A stretch of DNA of 64,000 nucleotides from Camelus dromedarius (GCF_036321535.1 NC_087456.1:28272001-28336000), one strand, 5' to 3'. Positions 47,481 through 62,794 are shown, counted from the stretch's first letter. The notes: generated by a model from the letters alone, not told the origin. Numbers and translations: made by a program.

Positions 47481-49463
47481 AGCTATGCAGTTGCCCAATT
47501 ACTGGACAACTCTCTGAAGTCTAATTCTATTGAAATAAAGACAGTCCTCACCCAATAACCTATAGTCAAAATACTGATGATGAGTAAATAACGAGGCATG
47601 AGGACTATGGGACTGTATCTTCCCTCCCCCTAAACTGCATTACTAATGTGAGATGCTCACCTAACTTCACTCCTCAGACCTTAAAGAGTTGTCCGCACCT
47701 CCCCTCTTGTAGTTTCTCCAACTCCTTTGCCCAAGTGGCCCGTTGCCTGCAGAGCACACACACAAATTCTCACTTCTCTCCTATCTTCAGTGGCGGACAA
47801 GGGAAGAGAGGTAAGAAAATACACCCTTTGAAGTTCCCTCCCCTCTAACTAAAGCTCCATTACTTTTTTTCAGCGTTGCCTCCAACATCTGTTACTCCAT
47901 TACCCACTGCCATCCAGACTCCACCCACACCACTCTACTGAAACTGGACTTTCTATTCTGTTCCACCAACCTCTATGTCTACTTCTTAAGATTTTTTTTA
48001 AAACAAAACTATAAAGAGAAAAGAAAAAAAAATCTCCCATCCCCCTTTTAAATATGTTCCAGGACTGTCTTAAGTAATTTACAGGGCTGTTTCTACATAC
48101 CTTTCATTCACATCACATGCTCTCCCACATCTGAAACCTGCCTACCTACCTAGTCTCATGTCCTACTGTTCTCGCCCACATACCAACAATTAATGATGTT
48201 CCTGACATTTTCCAAACTTGCAGGTTCTCTTGGTTTCTATCCTTATAACATGCTGTTTTCCCTTCCAGGAACATCCCAGTACTAGAACCTTCCACACTTT
48301 CATGCTGCAGTTCAAAGTCCTACCCAACCCTCACCTCTTTCAGTTCAAACATTAGGACCCCTATGAAGTGCTCTGTCTGGATGTCAGTTTCTGTCAAAGT
48401 GGGGATAACATCTACCTCATGAAATTGTCAAGAAGATTAAATGCGAGCCTATGTTACAACACCTAGCACACAGCCAAGCACTACCTTCCCTGGGGGCTTT
48501 CTGTCCTATGCACTTGAGCGAGAAGTGTGCAAGATACAACTGTTTGCTTCTTATGCCCACTGCTCACTGTAAGGCGATGTTCACTCACTGCAATTTTTCA
48601 GATTTCTAATGCATGGAGCAAAAGTGCTCAGTAAGTATCTGCTGACACACTGCACCTTTAACTTACACAATGTTGTGTGACAATTGTATCTCAAAGCTGG
48701 AAAAAAAGTTGACGGAAGAAAACCATACACTTTCAGGGACTATCACCACACATGGAACCAGGATCACAGAGTAACTGTTAAAGTTGGCAAAGCATTTATC
48801 TTTCTGAAAAACTAAGACTGAGGTAGTATAATTCTTATAAGAAATACATTTTTTTAAAGCTGTCTATTTTGAGATCTTCACCGTGGGAGCATATTTGGAT
48901 GGACATATACTTCACAGTTTCATGCAACTAAAAATTCTAATGTACTCCTTCCTATTTTCCATCAGTGCTATAATTTCTCCTTATACAGAATGATCAGGAA
49001 GGTACATTAGTTAATCAGCAGGTCCTATAGAACTTGAAAGTTCAGTGGGTACAATGCATGGATGGTACAGATTCTTTCAAGTGAATCCTTGGGGAAAAGA
49101 ACTCATCTCCATGAAGTCCCTGTGTGTGGTGTATGGGGAAGAAATCAAACAACTTTATGTACCTTTTGCTGAAATCAGAGCGTATCAGCAGAGACATGCC
49201 ACACTGTTTCCTAGCGGACGCCATCAAAACCACTCTCAGTATGTAAGAACCAGCCCTTTTCCAGCTACAAAGCTATTTTCAGGTTGATTATTAGCAATGA
49301 AGGAAAAAAATACTTCAAGTTTCAAACGTGTACAGCCATTGTGGCCTCTAATTATAAACAAAAGTGGTTAGTAACTGGAGATGCTATCATTTAAATTAGG
49401 AAATGCTAATAAGATGAAAACTTTGCTCTAAACTTTTTAAACAATTAAAAATTATGCTGTAAT

Positions 49464-49930
49464 ACAGATCTTCCTCAGCTTACAATAGGGTTATGTCCTG
49501 ATTGGAAAGTTGAAAATATGCTGTGTCAAAAATGCATTTACTACACCTAATGTACCAAACATACACTAGGCTAAGCGACCTTAAGTGAGTTCAGAACACT
49601 TACCTCAGCCTACAGCTGAGTAAAATCATCTAATACAGAGCCTACTTCATAATAAAGTATTAAATATCTCACATAATTTATTGACTACTGAACTGAAAGT
49701 GAAAAACAGAATGGCCGTCTGTGTACAGACTGACTATCAGCCTATCACCTGTTTACCCTCGTGGTCACGGGGCTGACTGAGACTGCAGCTCCCTACCGCT
49801 GCCCAGCATCACTAGAGAATACAGTGCCGCGTGTGCCTAGCCTGGGAAAAGATCAAAATTCAAAATTCGAAGTACTGCTTCTACTCAATGCGTATCACCT
49901 TCGTACCACCAAAACATCAAAAAATCATCT
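49464..49930. mobile_element. Tigger3 (Golem)-like non-autonomous TcMar transposon
   Basis: tacagatcttcctcagcttacaatagggttatgtcc...aaatgcattta.tacacctaa...gaaagtgaaaaacagaatgg...cgaagtactgcttctac. Confidence 0.8.
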
Positions 49931-50104
49931 GTTCCATTTTGTGACTATAGAAAACGCAATAAACTTCTGTATTAAATGAGTTTCAAAATGAAAGTGAAAA
50001 ATTTATATTTAAAACTCCTTTTCAGGTTTCTACTACAGATGTAATCTTCTTCTTCAGCACTGCCTATACAGTATTTGAAAATGTCCCAAACCGATCTAAC
50101 CTAC

Positions 50105-50260
50105 CTATGTCATTTCCGGAGGAATAGCTTCCATGACTTTCTGTCTCCTCCAGAGAGAGTATCTTGAATGACGCTAACGGGGTAGAGCCCGGCTGAGTAG
50201 AGATCATTCCTCTGAATCGTGTAACTGTCCATGTCCGGACATGATTATTATCAGCACAGA
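50105..50260 (-). CDS. KCTD3: KCTD3 coding exon, 156 bp
   Basis: cccag|TCTGTG...ACATAG|gtaggt. Translates [51 protein letters not shown]. Confidence 0.97.
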
Positions 50261-51689
50261 CTGGGAGGGAAAGAATACAAAAGAGTTGTTACATACAGAT
50301 TATGAGAGCATCAACAAAACCTCTTTCATAAACACATTTTAACATTTTTTCATATGATCTACATTAAATAGATCATAGCACATTTTGAGTGGCAACTTAA
50401 TCTTCAAATCATACTTAATTTGTACCTAGCCAACAAAAATGAGATAATTGAATATGGTTTACCTGGCTGCAAATATAAGGTATATAAGTAAATTTATGGA
50501 TCCTTACAAAAGTAGCCTGTAGGGTATAAATTTAGAAAAGGTTAAAAAATAAGTGTCTGTAAGAGAGAAGATGCTGAATATTATTCTGTTCTGTGGCTAA
50601 ACTGTAATTTTTCCAAACATACAACCTGTTTCTGCTTATGTTACTCAAATATTAAACAACCAAGATTTGGAGTTACTGAAAATTTATTGGTCCAAATGAC
50701 ATTTGTCAGAAAGCTTGTAGGAACCAGTTATTTACTGCTAATTCATAGTTACATCAAGGAAAGATTTTATAAACCTGAGAATTATTTTTATATAAAATAA
50801 AAGTACATTTACAAAACATATTCTAATTAGCTTACTTTTTTTCATGTAAGTAATAAGTGGGTATATACTGAGATATCTCCTAATAAGTAACCTATCTCTT
50901 GGTTTTTTTATGGTTTGTTTGTCTGAAAAGCTACTCCACGAGAAAATGTAAACCAAAAAATGGTATCATTAATACAGGAACTCTATTTCTGTGGTGTGCC
51001 TTAAGAAATTTACTAATTTCCCATTTATCATAAATTCATCAGTAAATACCAGGAAGTATACAAAATTTCTTATATATACACAACATTTCCTACTGGGTAA
51101 AATGTCACAGTTGCCTATTTTAAACAAAACCTTAGATATTTAAGAAGTGTAAATAGTTATTTACAACAAAATTCTGAATCCTCAGAATGCCAACTTTTTG
51201 GTGAAAAAGCATTTAGTTCTAGGCTATTTAATCAGCTTCATGGGAAATAACTTGCTGATTTTATTATTAGGCTTACTAGGATTCAGAAAAATAAATACTT
51301 TTAGCAAACTCAAATACAGTTATGGCAACTTTTTTAGTATTAATTATTATCTAGTATTTTTATTTAAGACATTAAAAACGAATGTCATCACATATATGTT
51401 CATATCCACCAGGTGGCAGAATAACACAACTGAGTATACACAAAACACTCCAGATTTTTGGCTGAATTGGATAGTTTTCTTGACAAATTTATTTAAATTT
51501 CTAACCTACATGAAATATTTGGTGTTAAAATACAAATTTAACTAAGTAGTTCTTTGGCATCACATCCTACGATAACGTAATCACCATCAAAGTAACAGCA
51601 ATTGTTACTGAGTAATAAGCACCGTCATTTACACATCAAGACAATCTTGTTGAAAAGATAACCTATTTTACACTTTTACTCCGAAGAAC

Positions 51690-52720
51690 TATGCTAAGTG
51701 CTGAGAAGAGGGTGGAGAACGAAAGTTTCTGCTGCTGTAGAACTTCCTATATTCTAGAAAAGGAAGACAGATGATAAATATGAGAAACAGTGATAAGTGC
51801 ATGAAGAAAACAAATGAGACACTGCGAGCAAAGAGTGACTGCCGGAGAGAGGTTTGGAGCAGCCTCAAGGAGGAGGTATTTGAGATGGGACCTGAATGAC
51901 AAGCGATGGCAGTGAAAGCAACACCTAGGAAAAAACATTCAAATGAACAAGTGTGAAGGTTCTAAGATATTTTAAGGAAATAGAAAAGTCAGTGAGTGAG
52001 GGCATCATGAACAGTAAGGCAAGTGACATGGGAGGCTGGGAGAAGAGAGCTGAGAGGTAAACAGGACCCAGAACAGGAAGAGCCATTATTTATTCCACAC
52101 ACAATAGGAAGGCCCTGGGAATCAGAGCTAGTTTGTATTTTAAAAAGATATTTCTGGCTGCTGTGTGGAACATGTACCACAGAGAGCCAGAACAGAAACA
52201 GGGAAAGGACTGAGCAGCAATGCACACACAGTGAAGTGGCCTGGCCTGTGAGCTATGCTGCAGCCAAGCTAACAGGACTTACTGATAGAGTACACGTCTG
52301 CAGCGGGGGTGGCTGACAGAAATGGAGGAATCAAGCATGACTCCTAGATTTTCAGCTTGAGTAACCGAGTAGTGATATTGTGCATTTACACTCAGGCTTT
52401 TGAGAAAGAAATCAAAAGTACTATTTTATCCAGGTTAATTTTTAGATGCCTATTAAACATACAACCAAATACTAAATACAAGCATTGGAAACATAAGTTT
52501 GAACTCCGTGGATGGGCACAGGGGAGAGAAAGTCTGGGAGTCACTGGCATGTAGATGATATTCTCAAACCACCAGGCAAAGTACAAAGAATGGAGAATCT
52601 AAGAGAGAGATCTGAGGTACTCCAACACCTAGTAACCGGGCAAAAGAGGAACCAGCCATGGAGAATGAGAAGGAGTCCTCAGTGAGGCAGGTATTAGGTG
52701 AGTACTGCTTTATGAACGCT
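51690..52720 (-). mobile_element. LINE-2 fragment
   Basis: Purine-rich reverse L2 motifs (ctatgctaagtgctg; gatgggacctgaatga; gcatgactcctagattttcagcttgag; ggagtcactggcatgtagatg). Confidence 0.7.
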
Positions 52721-53672
52721 TAAAGAAGAAACTATTTCAAGAAGACATAGTTATATCCAAAACAACCAGACATTTGATAAAAGCATATATATTCATCCAT
52801 CCATCTATTCATATATGAACCAGGTATTTCGGTTCCATTTGGTGTCTAATCAGTGAAAGATGCTTCACCTTTTTATATTAGGTAGTCTCCATGTAAATAA
52901 ACTTACTATATGAAAATGACATTTATAAAACTTTAAGTTAGGCAGGAACTGATCTACAGAAGATTTAATACAAGATTGTTTTAGAAAAGCAAACTCTACT
53001 GATAGACCTGATTCACAATTCAATTTGCATAAAGTCTTTCAGAAATCACCTATCAGATACGATGAACTTTACAATGAAATCTTACCTTGTGATCATTTTA
53101 TTTTGTGTCATGCTAATGTTTGAAAAGCTGTAACTAATTTTTTAAGTATCAAATTAGTACCTAAATTAAAAAAATCTATGGCTATGAACCCACAAAAATG
53201 TTACTTTCAAATAATCTATACATTTTACTAATTTTTAACATTAGTAGTCAACATTAAACTAACATACTAACTAGCATTAAACCTTAAGACAATACAACCA
53301 AATTTATATTAAATTCATACTTGAAAAAGACTCTAATAAAAAATTCTTCTCAATAGGATGATAAATATTTTGAAATAAAATGTGTCATGAGAACAAAATA
53401 TTAAAATAGAGTAAACAAAACACGTGGAACCTTCTAAATTTATGCATACTACAACCAGACAAAAATCAAAGAAACCTTAGAAGACAAATCACAATTATTT
53501 CTTCAGTTATTAAACTTTTCTACCACTTCTTTTAGCATATTTTTCTCACATAAAACACTGCTTTCATATTCTTTTAGTTTGAAGGAGTCTAAGAAAACTA
53601 CAGCCAAGGTAAGGCTTTACCTGAGGTAGACCTCCTTACCAGTAAGGAGGTGGTCTAGTAAAATCACTTTAC

Positions 53673-53843
53673 CTGATACAAGATGCTTCTCTGACAGCAT
53701 AATTTTGGTGACGGGGCTGCGGTGGACTGTGAAAGTCTGAAAGAGCTGAGGGCCTGACCCAACCGTCTCCGGGTGCTGTACAATCACTCGCACGGCCCCA
53801 GAGCTCGTGCCGTAGGCGATCTCAATCCAGTTACCACTGACAC
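53673..53843 (-). CDS. KCTD3: KCTD3 coding exon, 171 bp
   Basis: gtacag|GTGTC...TCAG|gtaaag. Translates [56 protein letters not shown]. Confidence 0.97.
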
Positions 53844-55663
53844 CTGTACGAAGACACAAGTTGAAAGCTGGTGTATTAGAAGACAGTGAGTAGAAAGCTG
53901 CCCTTGAAAAGCGCTCCCCGTGATTAAAGAGGCAGAGCTGAACTCAGCACTTCTATCAGCCCCAAACCCAGCTCAGCACAGAAATCTGAAGACCTCTCTG
54001 TCCACCTTAAAACCTCTATTTCCTTTATAAATCTTTCCCTAACACTCACTCCAATACAGATTTGTTCACTCTCTCCCTTGTACTGTGTATCAGGTTCTAC
54101 CACAGCAACTGTAACACCCCAATTCTGTATCTAGTCCCCTGTCTGTCTACCTCTATGCATTACTGATAAATCTGTATCACATGTACAGAGTGCCTGAGAC
54201 ATAGTAGATACTCATTAAAAGTGACATGCTAAGAACACCACTGACACAACATAGTATTCCTAAAGCCATATTCCACATTCCATCTAGCCTAGAGTGACCA
54301 CCTGTTTTACTTCTGCTACAATAATGAATCTTCTCTGAATAATCAAGTATTCTATATACTATTTAACAGCTTCAAAACAGTTAACTATGGAATAAACACA
54401 CCTACGTTGTCTCTTCTAATTATGTATAGCTAGCTCACCATGTTGGGTTCATGTGGGGCTTTTTTTTTTTTTTTTTAAACAAATGCCTAGACTCCATCAC
54501 ATATTTAAAGAGAGAATGGAGTTCAGCAACCATAGTCTTTAAAAGCCTCGTGGAAACCTCTTGCTTTTAACAGCTGTTCTTTCTGATTTCACCTGAAAAT
54601 ACTTGAATCAAAGGAGAAAGAGCGTGCTATGGAAAACATTTCTCAAAACTTAAAAGGTGACTCCATTCTCATGTCTTAAAGACACTGCCACCGCAAAAGA
54701 AGTTTTATTCTCCCTTTTTAATTAGATTTTTTAAAGTATCTCGTTCTAGAGCAGGGGTGAGCAAACTTTCTGTAAACAGCAAATATTTTAAACCTTGCAT
54801 GCTGCATCATCTCTGTCACAACCACTCATCTCCGTCACTGTTGCACAAAAGCAGCCAAAGATACTACGTAAAACTATTAATAAAAAGAGCATGGTTTGCT
54901 AACCTGTTCTGGGGTAATATAGTTTAAATCCTACTATAATTTCAATCAAAATCAACTGTGTACACTAGAATACTTCGTTAACACTGAAGATAATGATTTA
55001 TTTCAATAAATTCAATAAAATGACTTTATACAAGGAACACATTCAAACCTATTACTATTACTGGGTATGTTATTTCCTAGAAATCCTTTCATTACAGATA
55101 AATTTTTAGGTTGCCATTTATCTTTACTCTCGAATATAAAAATTCCTAATTTACAAAGTTAGTTTGTTAACTTCATTACAAGGACCTTTGAAAAAGCAGT
55201 GAAAGTTATGGATATTGAAGTTTTCCAAAACTTAAATTTAAAATTTCTCATGGAAATAAACTCACTTTCCAATAGAGATTAACAGTCTAAGAGCTTTTTT
55301 TTAAATTGTTGGTAAAAAAAAAAATAAAGCTGTTAATTTCAAAATGAAATTGACTACTATCATAGGAAGTTAAATGTGCAGGTAAGGTTTTAAAATAAAT
55401 AATTTTAGCTGTTGTTATAATAAGGCTTAACAATGCAATTCAGAAGAATAAAAGTTCTAATTTCCCACCTCAGATTATGCTTGTTCATCAGTCAGGTCTG
55501 ACTTCAATATAAAACCAAATATAAACTTTTGACTAAATGATGAAATCCTTATCACTGCAGTTCTCCAAAGGACGGACCAGATTAGCGTTAGAAGAAACCA
55601 ATGAATAAATACACTTTCTCAAAAGAACTTCAATAATTTACAACGATTTTGCTGTGTACTAAC

Positions 55664-55780
55664 TTGTTTTGGGTGTGAGGTAAACACTCAGAGCAGTAAT
55701 AGCGTCATTTGAAGGATCATGATAAAGTTCAGTCACAAGAAGATCATTATCCTTCATTCGCAAAGGGAACTTCTGCATAT
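55664..55780 (-). CDS. KCTD3: KCTD3 coding exon, 117 bp
   Basis: ttttag|ATATG...AACAA|gttagt. Translates [38 protein letters not shown]. Confidence 0.97.
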
Positions 55781-55905
55781 CTAAAAAAAATTAAATAGCA
55801 TTAAAATAGTCAATCTATTTAAAACTAAGGTAATGTTTTCTTGTTCTCATTTAAAAAAAAAAACAAAACACTAAATAGGACCATATTAAGTGCCTGAGCA
55901 CTTAC

Positions 55906-55993
55906 CTATGTAATATATCGACCCATTGTTACATCCCAGCAGTAGGAACGACCCAGCCGTGTCGTAACTAGTTATAGGAACGACGTCTTGAAC
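55906..55993 (-). CDS. KCTD3: KCTD3 coding exon, 88 bp
   Basis: catcag|GTTCAA...ACATAG|gtaagt. Translates [29 protein letters not shown]. Confidence 0.97.
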
Positions 55994-58900
55994 CTGATGC
56001 GGTGAGAATAGTTAGATGTCAGTTACTAATTACAATCTACATTTCCCGCTCAATTTCCTCAAATTTTTTTACTTTTTTTAATAAAAAGGAAACTAACACC
56101 TGCTTTAAGTAGGCCTTAGAAAATGGACTTCCTTTACAAACACACACACCCCCACATACAGTCCCGGGGAACTCTGAAGGACCACCAATATAGTCCTTTT
56201 AAAGCTTTTAAAAAATTTTTATTTCCAACAGCAGCACTTTCCTTCAGAATTTACTGGGTCATCTCCTTTCTCTGTATAGGACTGTGACGTCAGCACACAT
56301 GAGGACTGGAAAACCAAGTGTGACCAGGCCCCTTTCTCCCTTTTCTAAGAGATTAAATGACATGCCCAGAATCAGAACTAGAAAACAGATCAACTGATTT
56401 CCAGGGAGCACTTGCTCCCTCGATAATTCACTATCATTTGAAAAGATAGTGTTTTCTACTTTCATTCTCACCACTCGAGACTTCACGTCTATTTCCTAGG
56501 AAACAGCCAGGCAAACAAGTCCTCAAATGCTTTTGTTTTTTTTCAAATACTAAAATAAAAAATCCATTTTCCAAGCAAATCAATATAGTTACAAATTAAT
56601 AACTGTCTATATTTGTGCTGGAAAAAAAAAAAAAGCAAAGGGCATGATTTTTGCTATAAAACAAAATGAAAACTGAAGTGTCAGAATACCGGCAGTAAGT
56701 AAAAATGAATCATCCCTACATGCAACCAGGCCAGATGCAGGTGAAACTCCCAGGTGACCTTTAAGTGATGTACTTTTTATGTAGCAGATATCATCCAGGT
56801 GCACAAGTACTAGAATGGGTAAGGGAAGTGAAATGGCACTTTTGCTCTGTAGGAGCTTATAAACTTGTGGGCAAGAAGGAAAAAGACAATTACCACGTGG
56901 TGGGCACTAAAATAGGGGGTGCAATACAATCACAGAGACAGGAGTCTCATCTCATCTCCAGTCCAGGGAGAAGGGCAAAGGTCAAGGAAAAGTTGAAAAA
57001 GGAAGTAGAACTTGAAAAATTAAAAAGTCAACTAGCTAAGAGGTAGAGAGAGGGGACAGTGCACATCTGACAGGACATCAAGTACAGCACAAAATCTAGG
57101 AACATTCTAGTTACAGAAATTTAAAAAGAGCTAACACTTGGAAATGAGGACTCCTGTAAGCTGTTCATGTCCATGACCCTAATTTCTGAGTACCTCCAGG
57201 TGACATGCACCGTTATGAGTTACCCTAGAAACACCCCTGCAAAGACTCAATGACCACCCCCAACCCCGGGCCAGGTTTCTGTTTCATCAGCACCAGCAGG
57301 TTTTGTAGCAGGTTAGCACTGAGAACTCCTCAGTGTGTCTGAAGAATGGAAGGGAGGCCGCTTTACGCACCACTGACCAATTCTCTCACACCAAGTGCAT
57401 CTTTTTTAGCCCCAGCATTCCAGAAAGAGCCTCAACTCTGCCCCAGAACCCTCACAGTAAGAGGTCAGGGGTAGGTAAGGCCATGAGACCCCTCTGATCC
57501 GTTTCTCAGGGCAGGAGTGGCAGCGGCCTGGAGCCTCCCAGGCACACCCACGACAGACGTCCAGTCCAGCCCACTGTGCTCAGGGAGGCTGGGCCCTGGG
57601 CCTGGAGCCTTCCTGCCCTTTCCCTGCAACCCTGGAGCATGCTCTGCTCTTCTCCTCATGCCCAGCCCTCAGTGCAAGGAGAGCAGAGAAAGCAGGGGAT
57701 AAGTAAAGTGAGGCCACAGAGCAGCCAGTACTGCTAAGTTCTTCTCCCAGCATGAGCTAAAGTCAGCCGTTTTGTGTCTGCCTCTTCTTGACCCCAAAGA
57801 CTTCACGTCAGGAACGTGACTGTACTGACTCATTACTGTCTTTAGTTCAGTCATGGTGGCCACAAACCCAAGGTGGAGGTGGATTTTCTCTCCCAAGGTA
57901 GCACACAGTGACTATCATTAACTTCTATGTAAAAATTCAAATAATTTACCTAATTTTGAAAATAATCAGCCTGTCTTCCCAAGCAATACAAGGCCTCTAG
58001 ACTCTTTTAATCACAATCTCTTCCTGGATAATCATTATTTTTTTTTAAACAGTATGTTCTAACCCTCATGCGTTACTTTTTAATACTTAGATTCACCAAC
58101 TATCTATGAATCCCTTCGCTAGTAATGTTTACTGTATTCTCCTCCTCCTTCTCGGTGTAAATGACCTGCTTAGCAAAGGGCATTTCTAGAGCAGTCCTTC
58201 CACTGAAGGTTGTAAGTGACAAACTCTCAGTATTATCTGAAAACATCTCTCTCTCATGTTTGAATAATACTTTTGCTGGATGTAAAATCCTAGGTTGAAA
58301 GTTATTTTCCCCACTAACTTGAGAATTGCCTACTGTCTTTTGGCTTCTACTGTTAGTGATGAAGAGACTGTTTTAACTACAGTTAACCTGTCATTAACTC
58401 TGGGCAGCTTTATGATATTTTTCTCTTATCATATCACACTAAGTATGAATTTCATTTTATTTAGCCTGATGTATTTCTTTAATCAACAGACATGTCTTTC
58501 TTCAATTCTCCAAAATTGCTGGCAATTATCTTTTCTACATTGCCCCTATTCCCCTATTCCTTTCTGAAAATGTTATTTTTTCTTTCTTTTTCATATTTTC
58601 TGTCACTCTTTCTGCTTCATTGTGAATTATATTCTCAGACATGTCTGTCAATTACTTTTTAGTTGTGATTCTATTGAAACCATTAAGAGCTTTGTTTTTA
58701 ATTTTCAATGACCTTTACATTCCTCCTGTTTCATTTTTCTTCTTTTCTGACTGATCCTATTCCTTCTTTATAGTCTAGTCCTTCTTCTATCTCATTAAAT
58801 AAGTTTAGAATTTATTCTACAGTAGCTGTCTAACTGTTCAATTATCTTCAGTTTTGGGGGACAAATACTCCAACTGTTTACACTTGATGACTTTCCCTCA

Positions 58901-61900
58901 CTTGCTTTCACGTGTAGTTTACAAACTTAGGGAGGTTCTGGGCTCTCTCTCAGTAGAAAATGTTCCTTCCACAGAGTCCTACATGCTCTGTATCTCGTGA
59001 AAGTTGGGGTTCATGTCTACGTCTAGAAATGTAAATGGCCCTAGACCAGCTTTTTATATTGATTTCTCAGACTAGAGCTCCATACCACAAAGGCTTATCT
59101 TTGTGTTTTCAATTCATGTGTTTGTGCCCCTAATTTGATGATTTTAGTCTCAATTTCTCATTGATGGTTTCCCCCTGCACCACCTCTCCCCAGTCCAACT
59201 CCAAACACATATCAAGCTTTCTTCTTCCAAAATCATTGAGCAGAATGTCCCCAATCTTCTTCTCAGGGGCTGAGGCAAACCGTTAAAGCTTCAGATTTTT
59301 GCAGGAGGCTAGTTTTCCACTCTCCCATGAAGCCATGCTTCCTGTGCTCTGTAAAACCCCAGAGCCTTTATTACACTGATACATGATATGCAAATATGTA
59401 TAAACAAACAATAAAATTCAATTATAGATACAATACATATGCTGTTTTAATATTTTAATCCAATATTTCTGTATGTCAGTAGCATATGACAGAGAGGGGC
59501 TTGTGCCAAGCTGATTTTGCTGTTACTCTAAATCCTAAGGAAGAAATATAACAAACCTGAGATAACATTCAGTACTTAGACATCCAAACATCAGTCCTCT
59601 CTCCGACGAATTCTGAGCCTAAGATTCTACTGCCCACCTTACTCTGATTCCTAACTTGCAGGGTTTCATAAGCTTATCAGAAAAACAAACAAACAAAAGC
59701 TAATTCCCCCTGAACCCTACTTGTGACATCAGTGCTCCAAACGCCTCAGACCATGAGAGAAGAGACGCTAAATCAAATCAGCCTCCCCACTTCTTGTCCA
59801 GCAGCACAGCCGTGAGACCCCAGAAACTCACTATTGAGTCCCCGTTCCCAGAGCCAATGTCTCCTCCTCAGGCTCGGCTCCCACTGCTCATTTAGAGGCT
59901 GGGCCGTGACTCAGATGGTGACCTTGGCTGAAGACCACTAGTCTCTCAGGATGAACACAGAGAGAGTTCTCTAACCCTTTAGGAATCGGATTACATAACG
60001 ACTTTCCAGAACTAAGTTCCAAAACTCTCTCTCTGTTTTATATGAGAACGAAACATGTATAATCTATGTTTCCAACACACACCTAAGTTTAAACTCGAAC
60101 AACTTGGGAAACAATGCCTGAAGTCGCTGTCCTGCCGTGTGCCTCAGCCTAGGCTACCTACCTGACAACACTAATAAGTTCTTTATTATTAATCTTCTTG
60201 GAGCTAATGGTGGGAATTAAACAAAAAGAGAACAAAAAAAGAACACACTTCTTTTAAAAAAAAGAATTTTTTTTCCTACCCAAATCATACAACGCTTTTT
60301 ATAAACTTTCCATTAGCATTTTATTGAAGCTATCCTAGTAAGAAACTGCTACACAAAGGAAAATATCACAACGGCTTTTAGGCTTAAAAACTTTGCTCTC
60401 CCCCCCTCACGCACGTTCGTCTGACTCAAATGCTTCATCAACCTCAGTTCTGCCACTAGAGCAAAGAACTACAACAGCTGCCCTGTGTACTTCCCGTGCT
60501 ACTCACGGGAAGAACCACTGCCAGAGGCCAGACCAGAACCTGCCCCGCCAGCACCACAGCAGTCACAGCAGGCAGCCTCAGGCCAGAACTGTCTGTGGAG
60601 ACTTGCAGATCAGATGCTGAGATCTCATCACATACCATCTGTGTACCGCACGACAAAAAAATATCATCTGTCTGGGTTATAAGGCTTGTTTGCTGCATGA
60701 ATGCTCACCTTTCCTGAGGTCTTCCCGAAATGTGGTTAACAAACCTACTTTGTCAGATATGGTTTTCAATTCATGCATGTACCAAACAAGCAGCATCAGG
60801 TTATATATATGGGACTAAAAAAAGGTTAAGAAACAGTATCTACTTTGAGGATGCTAGTACAGGGTTTGGTATGTCAAAAAAATGAAAACTTTTATAGGCA
60901 GTTGTGGTAACATTAGTAAAAAACAAAACAAGTAATAAAGAAGCACGTCCCTTCAGGAACCTAACTGTACCCTAGGAGTTTTATGGCATGGACAGCACAT
61001 CTTCTCCCAGCCACTCAAAGCTCAGACTGACATACTTAGCCAAGTACTCGGAGAGCAGATCTTCCATAAATCATTAAAACCCACATTCCTCTTTATGGAA
61101 ATACCACCAAGCTGAAGAATCCCTCTGATCAACTTCCCTTCACCCGAACTTTAGATCAAACTACATCAGTCTTTTCCCACCTTCCGTGACCCATCATTTC
61201 TGTGGTAACAACATTTACCACGCCTTTTGCTATGCCTATGTGGAAGGCCGATTCTTAGTGAGTATCTGTTTTCTACAAACATGACTTCTAATGTCTGCAT
61301 CTAAAACAAAACTTAGTTTTCCCTGATGGTAATCTCTTTCATTAGAAGTCTTTCAGTCTCCCCATCTCCCTAGTACCTCAGGGCCATAAGATCCCAAGAA
61401 TGTCCCTCCACAGGCTCAACACAATCATGACATTCAATTACCCTCTCTCTGCCCAGACTGCAGCTTCCGAATCAATCCATCATCTTTGTTGAGGAGCTGG
61501 GTACCCGGATCAGTTTGCTTTTCACCCTCTTCTCTACTATTATCCTGGCACCTAATGGCCTCCGTGATGACCCTGACAGTTCTCTGACCCCTATTTCAAC
61601 TACCTTCATCTTTAAGTCAATTCACCACATGATTTAAATGGCTACAACCATTTCACCGAGAACTGCTTCAACTCAACCTGAAGTTCAGTCTTGGACCACA
61701 ACTTCCTATCTTTCCAACAATTCTCATTCCTTCTAAGTCATCAATCTGCTTTACCGTCCCTTTAGTCCCTTGATACCCCTGCATCCTTCTCTGCTTGTCT
61801 GGCATTTCTTCTCTTCTTGATCTTACAATTTCAACTACTCTGCCATTTTATGTTTCTCATCTCTTCGTGTGTCTGCCCATTTTATCATGTCTCCCATCCT

Positions 61901-62656
61901 GAATCAGGTCAACACTGTTTTCTTTTCTCTTGCCCCTGTTCCCAGTACTAAGCATTAATAAAGAAACTCACATAACTGTATCACTAAGGTCCACTATAAA
62001 GTTTTTTAATCTCTGCAATCCTTGATACATACTTCCAATGCCTTTCTCTTCCACTGGGTTTATAATCTTCAGTATTCCTTCCTCACTCTTCTGTCAGGGA
62101 AAGAAGCATCTCTACTCTACTGGGTCAACCCCTCTAGCTGTGTTCTAGATCCCACACACTCCTGACTTCTAGGGGACTAGCAACCATCTCCATTCTTTCA
62201 ATTTTCATACACTTTCTCTGGCAACTCCCCTCTCTGACTAACAAGCATGCTCAAGTTTCTCCCATCTTAAGAGAAAAAATAAAGCACTGAATATTTTTTC
62301 CTCTATCTAGCCTTGATCCTTAAATAATCACTTTGTTTCTCTGCTTTCCTTCACCAACAAACTTCTTGAAAGGTAACTGAATTTGCTATCTCTAATCTCT
62401 GATTTTTTAATGCCTTAATTCCTGCATTCTGTAACCCCCCCCATCAAAACCTAATTAACTTACATTTGCAAATGATACCCCACTGCCAAAATCAACGTCA
62501 TTTCTCAATCACACCATGTATGTCCCTTTTGCTCTTTGTTTCCTATCTTGTTCCCTTAAAAGCTAATTTTCCCCAGGATTTTAAGTTTGGCTTTTCTTTC
62601 CCTATAGATATCCTTTTAATGAGATATCCTCTCAATGGTAAGTCTTATCAATTCTT

Positions 62657-62672
62657 TTGGGGGGGGGGGTAT

Positions 62673-62715
<43 letters not shown>

Positions 62716-62794
62716 TTTTTTAAATGGAGGCACTGGGGATTGAACCCAGGACCTTATACATAAGCATGTGCTCTACCACTGGGCTATACCCTCC
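62657..62794 (-). mobile_element. tRNA-Ala-derived camelid-type SINE with (TAAA)12 tail
   Basis: Minus-strand head GGGAGGGTATAGCCCAGTGGTAGAGCACATGCTTATGTATAAGGTCCTGGGTTCAATCCCCAGTGCCTCCA; TSD caattctt at 62649-62656 and 62795-62802. Confidence 0.9.
62671..62718 (+). repeat. (ATTT)12 perfect tetranucleotide microsatellite
   Basis: Direct count; forms the SINE tail. Confidence 0.97.

Noticed and set aside
60490-60512. Perfect 9-bp inverted repeat CTTCCCGTG-N5-CACGGGAAG
   Set aside because: A few such stems are expected by chance in 64 kb. It resembles but does not match RBPJ (GTGGGAA) or STAT (TTCNNNGAA) sites, and is too short for a pre-miRNA.
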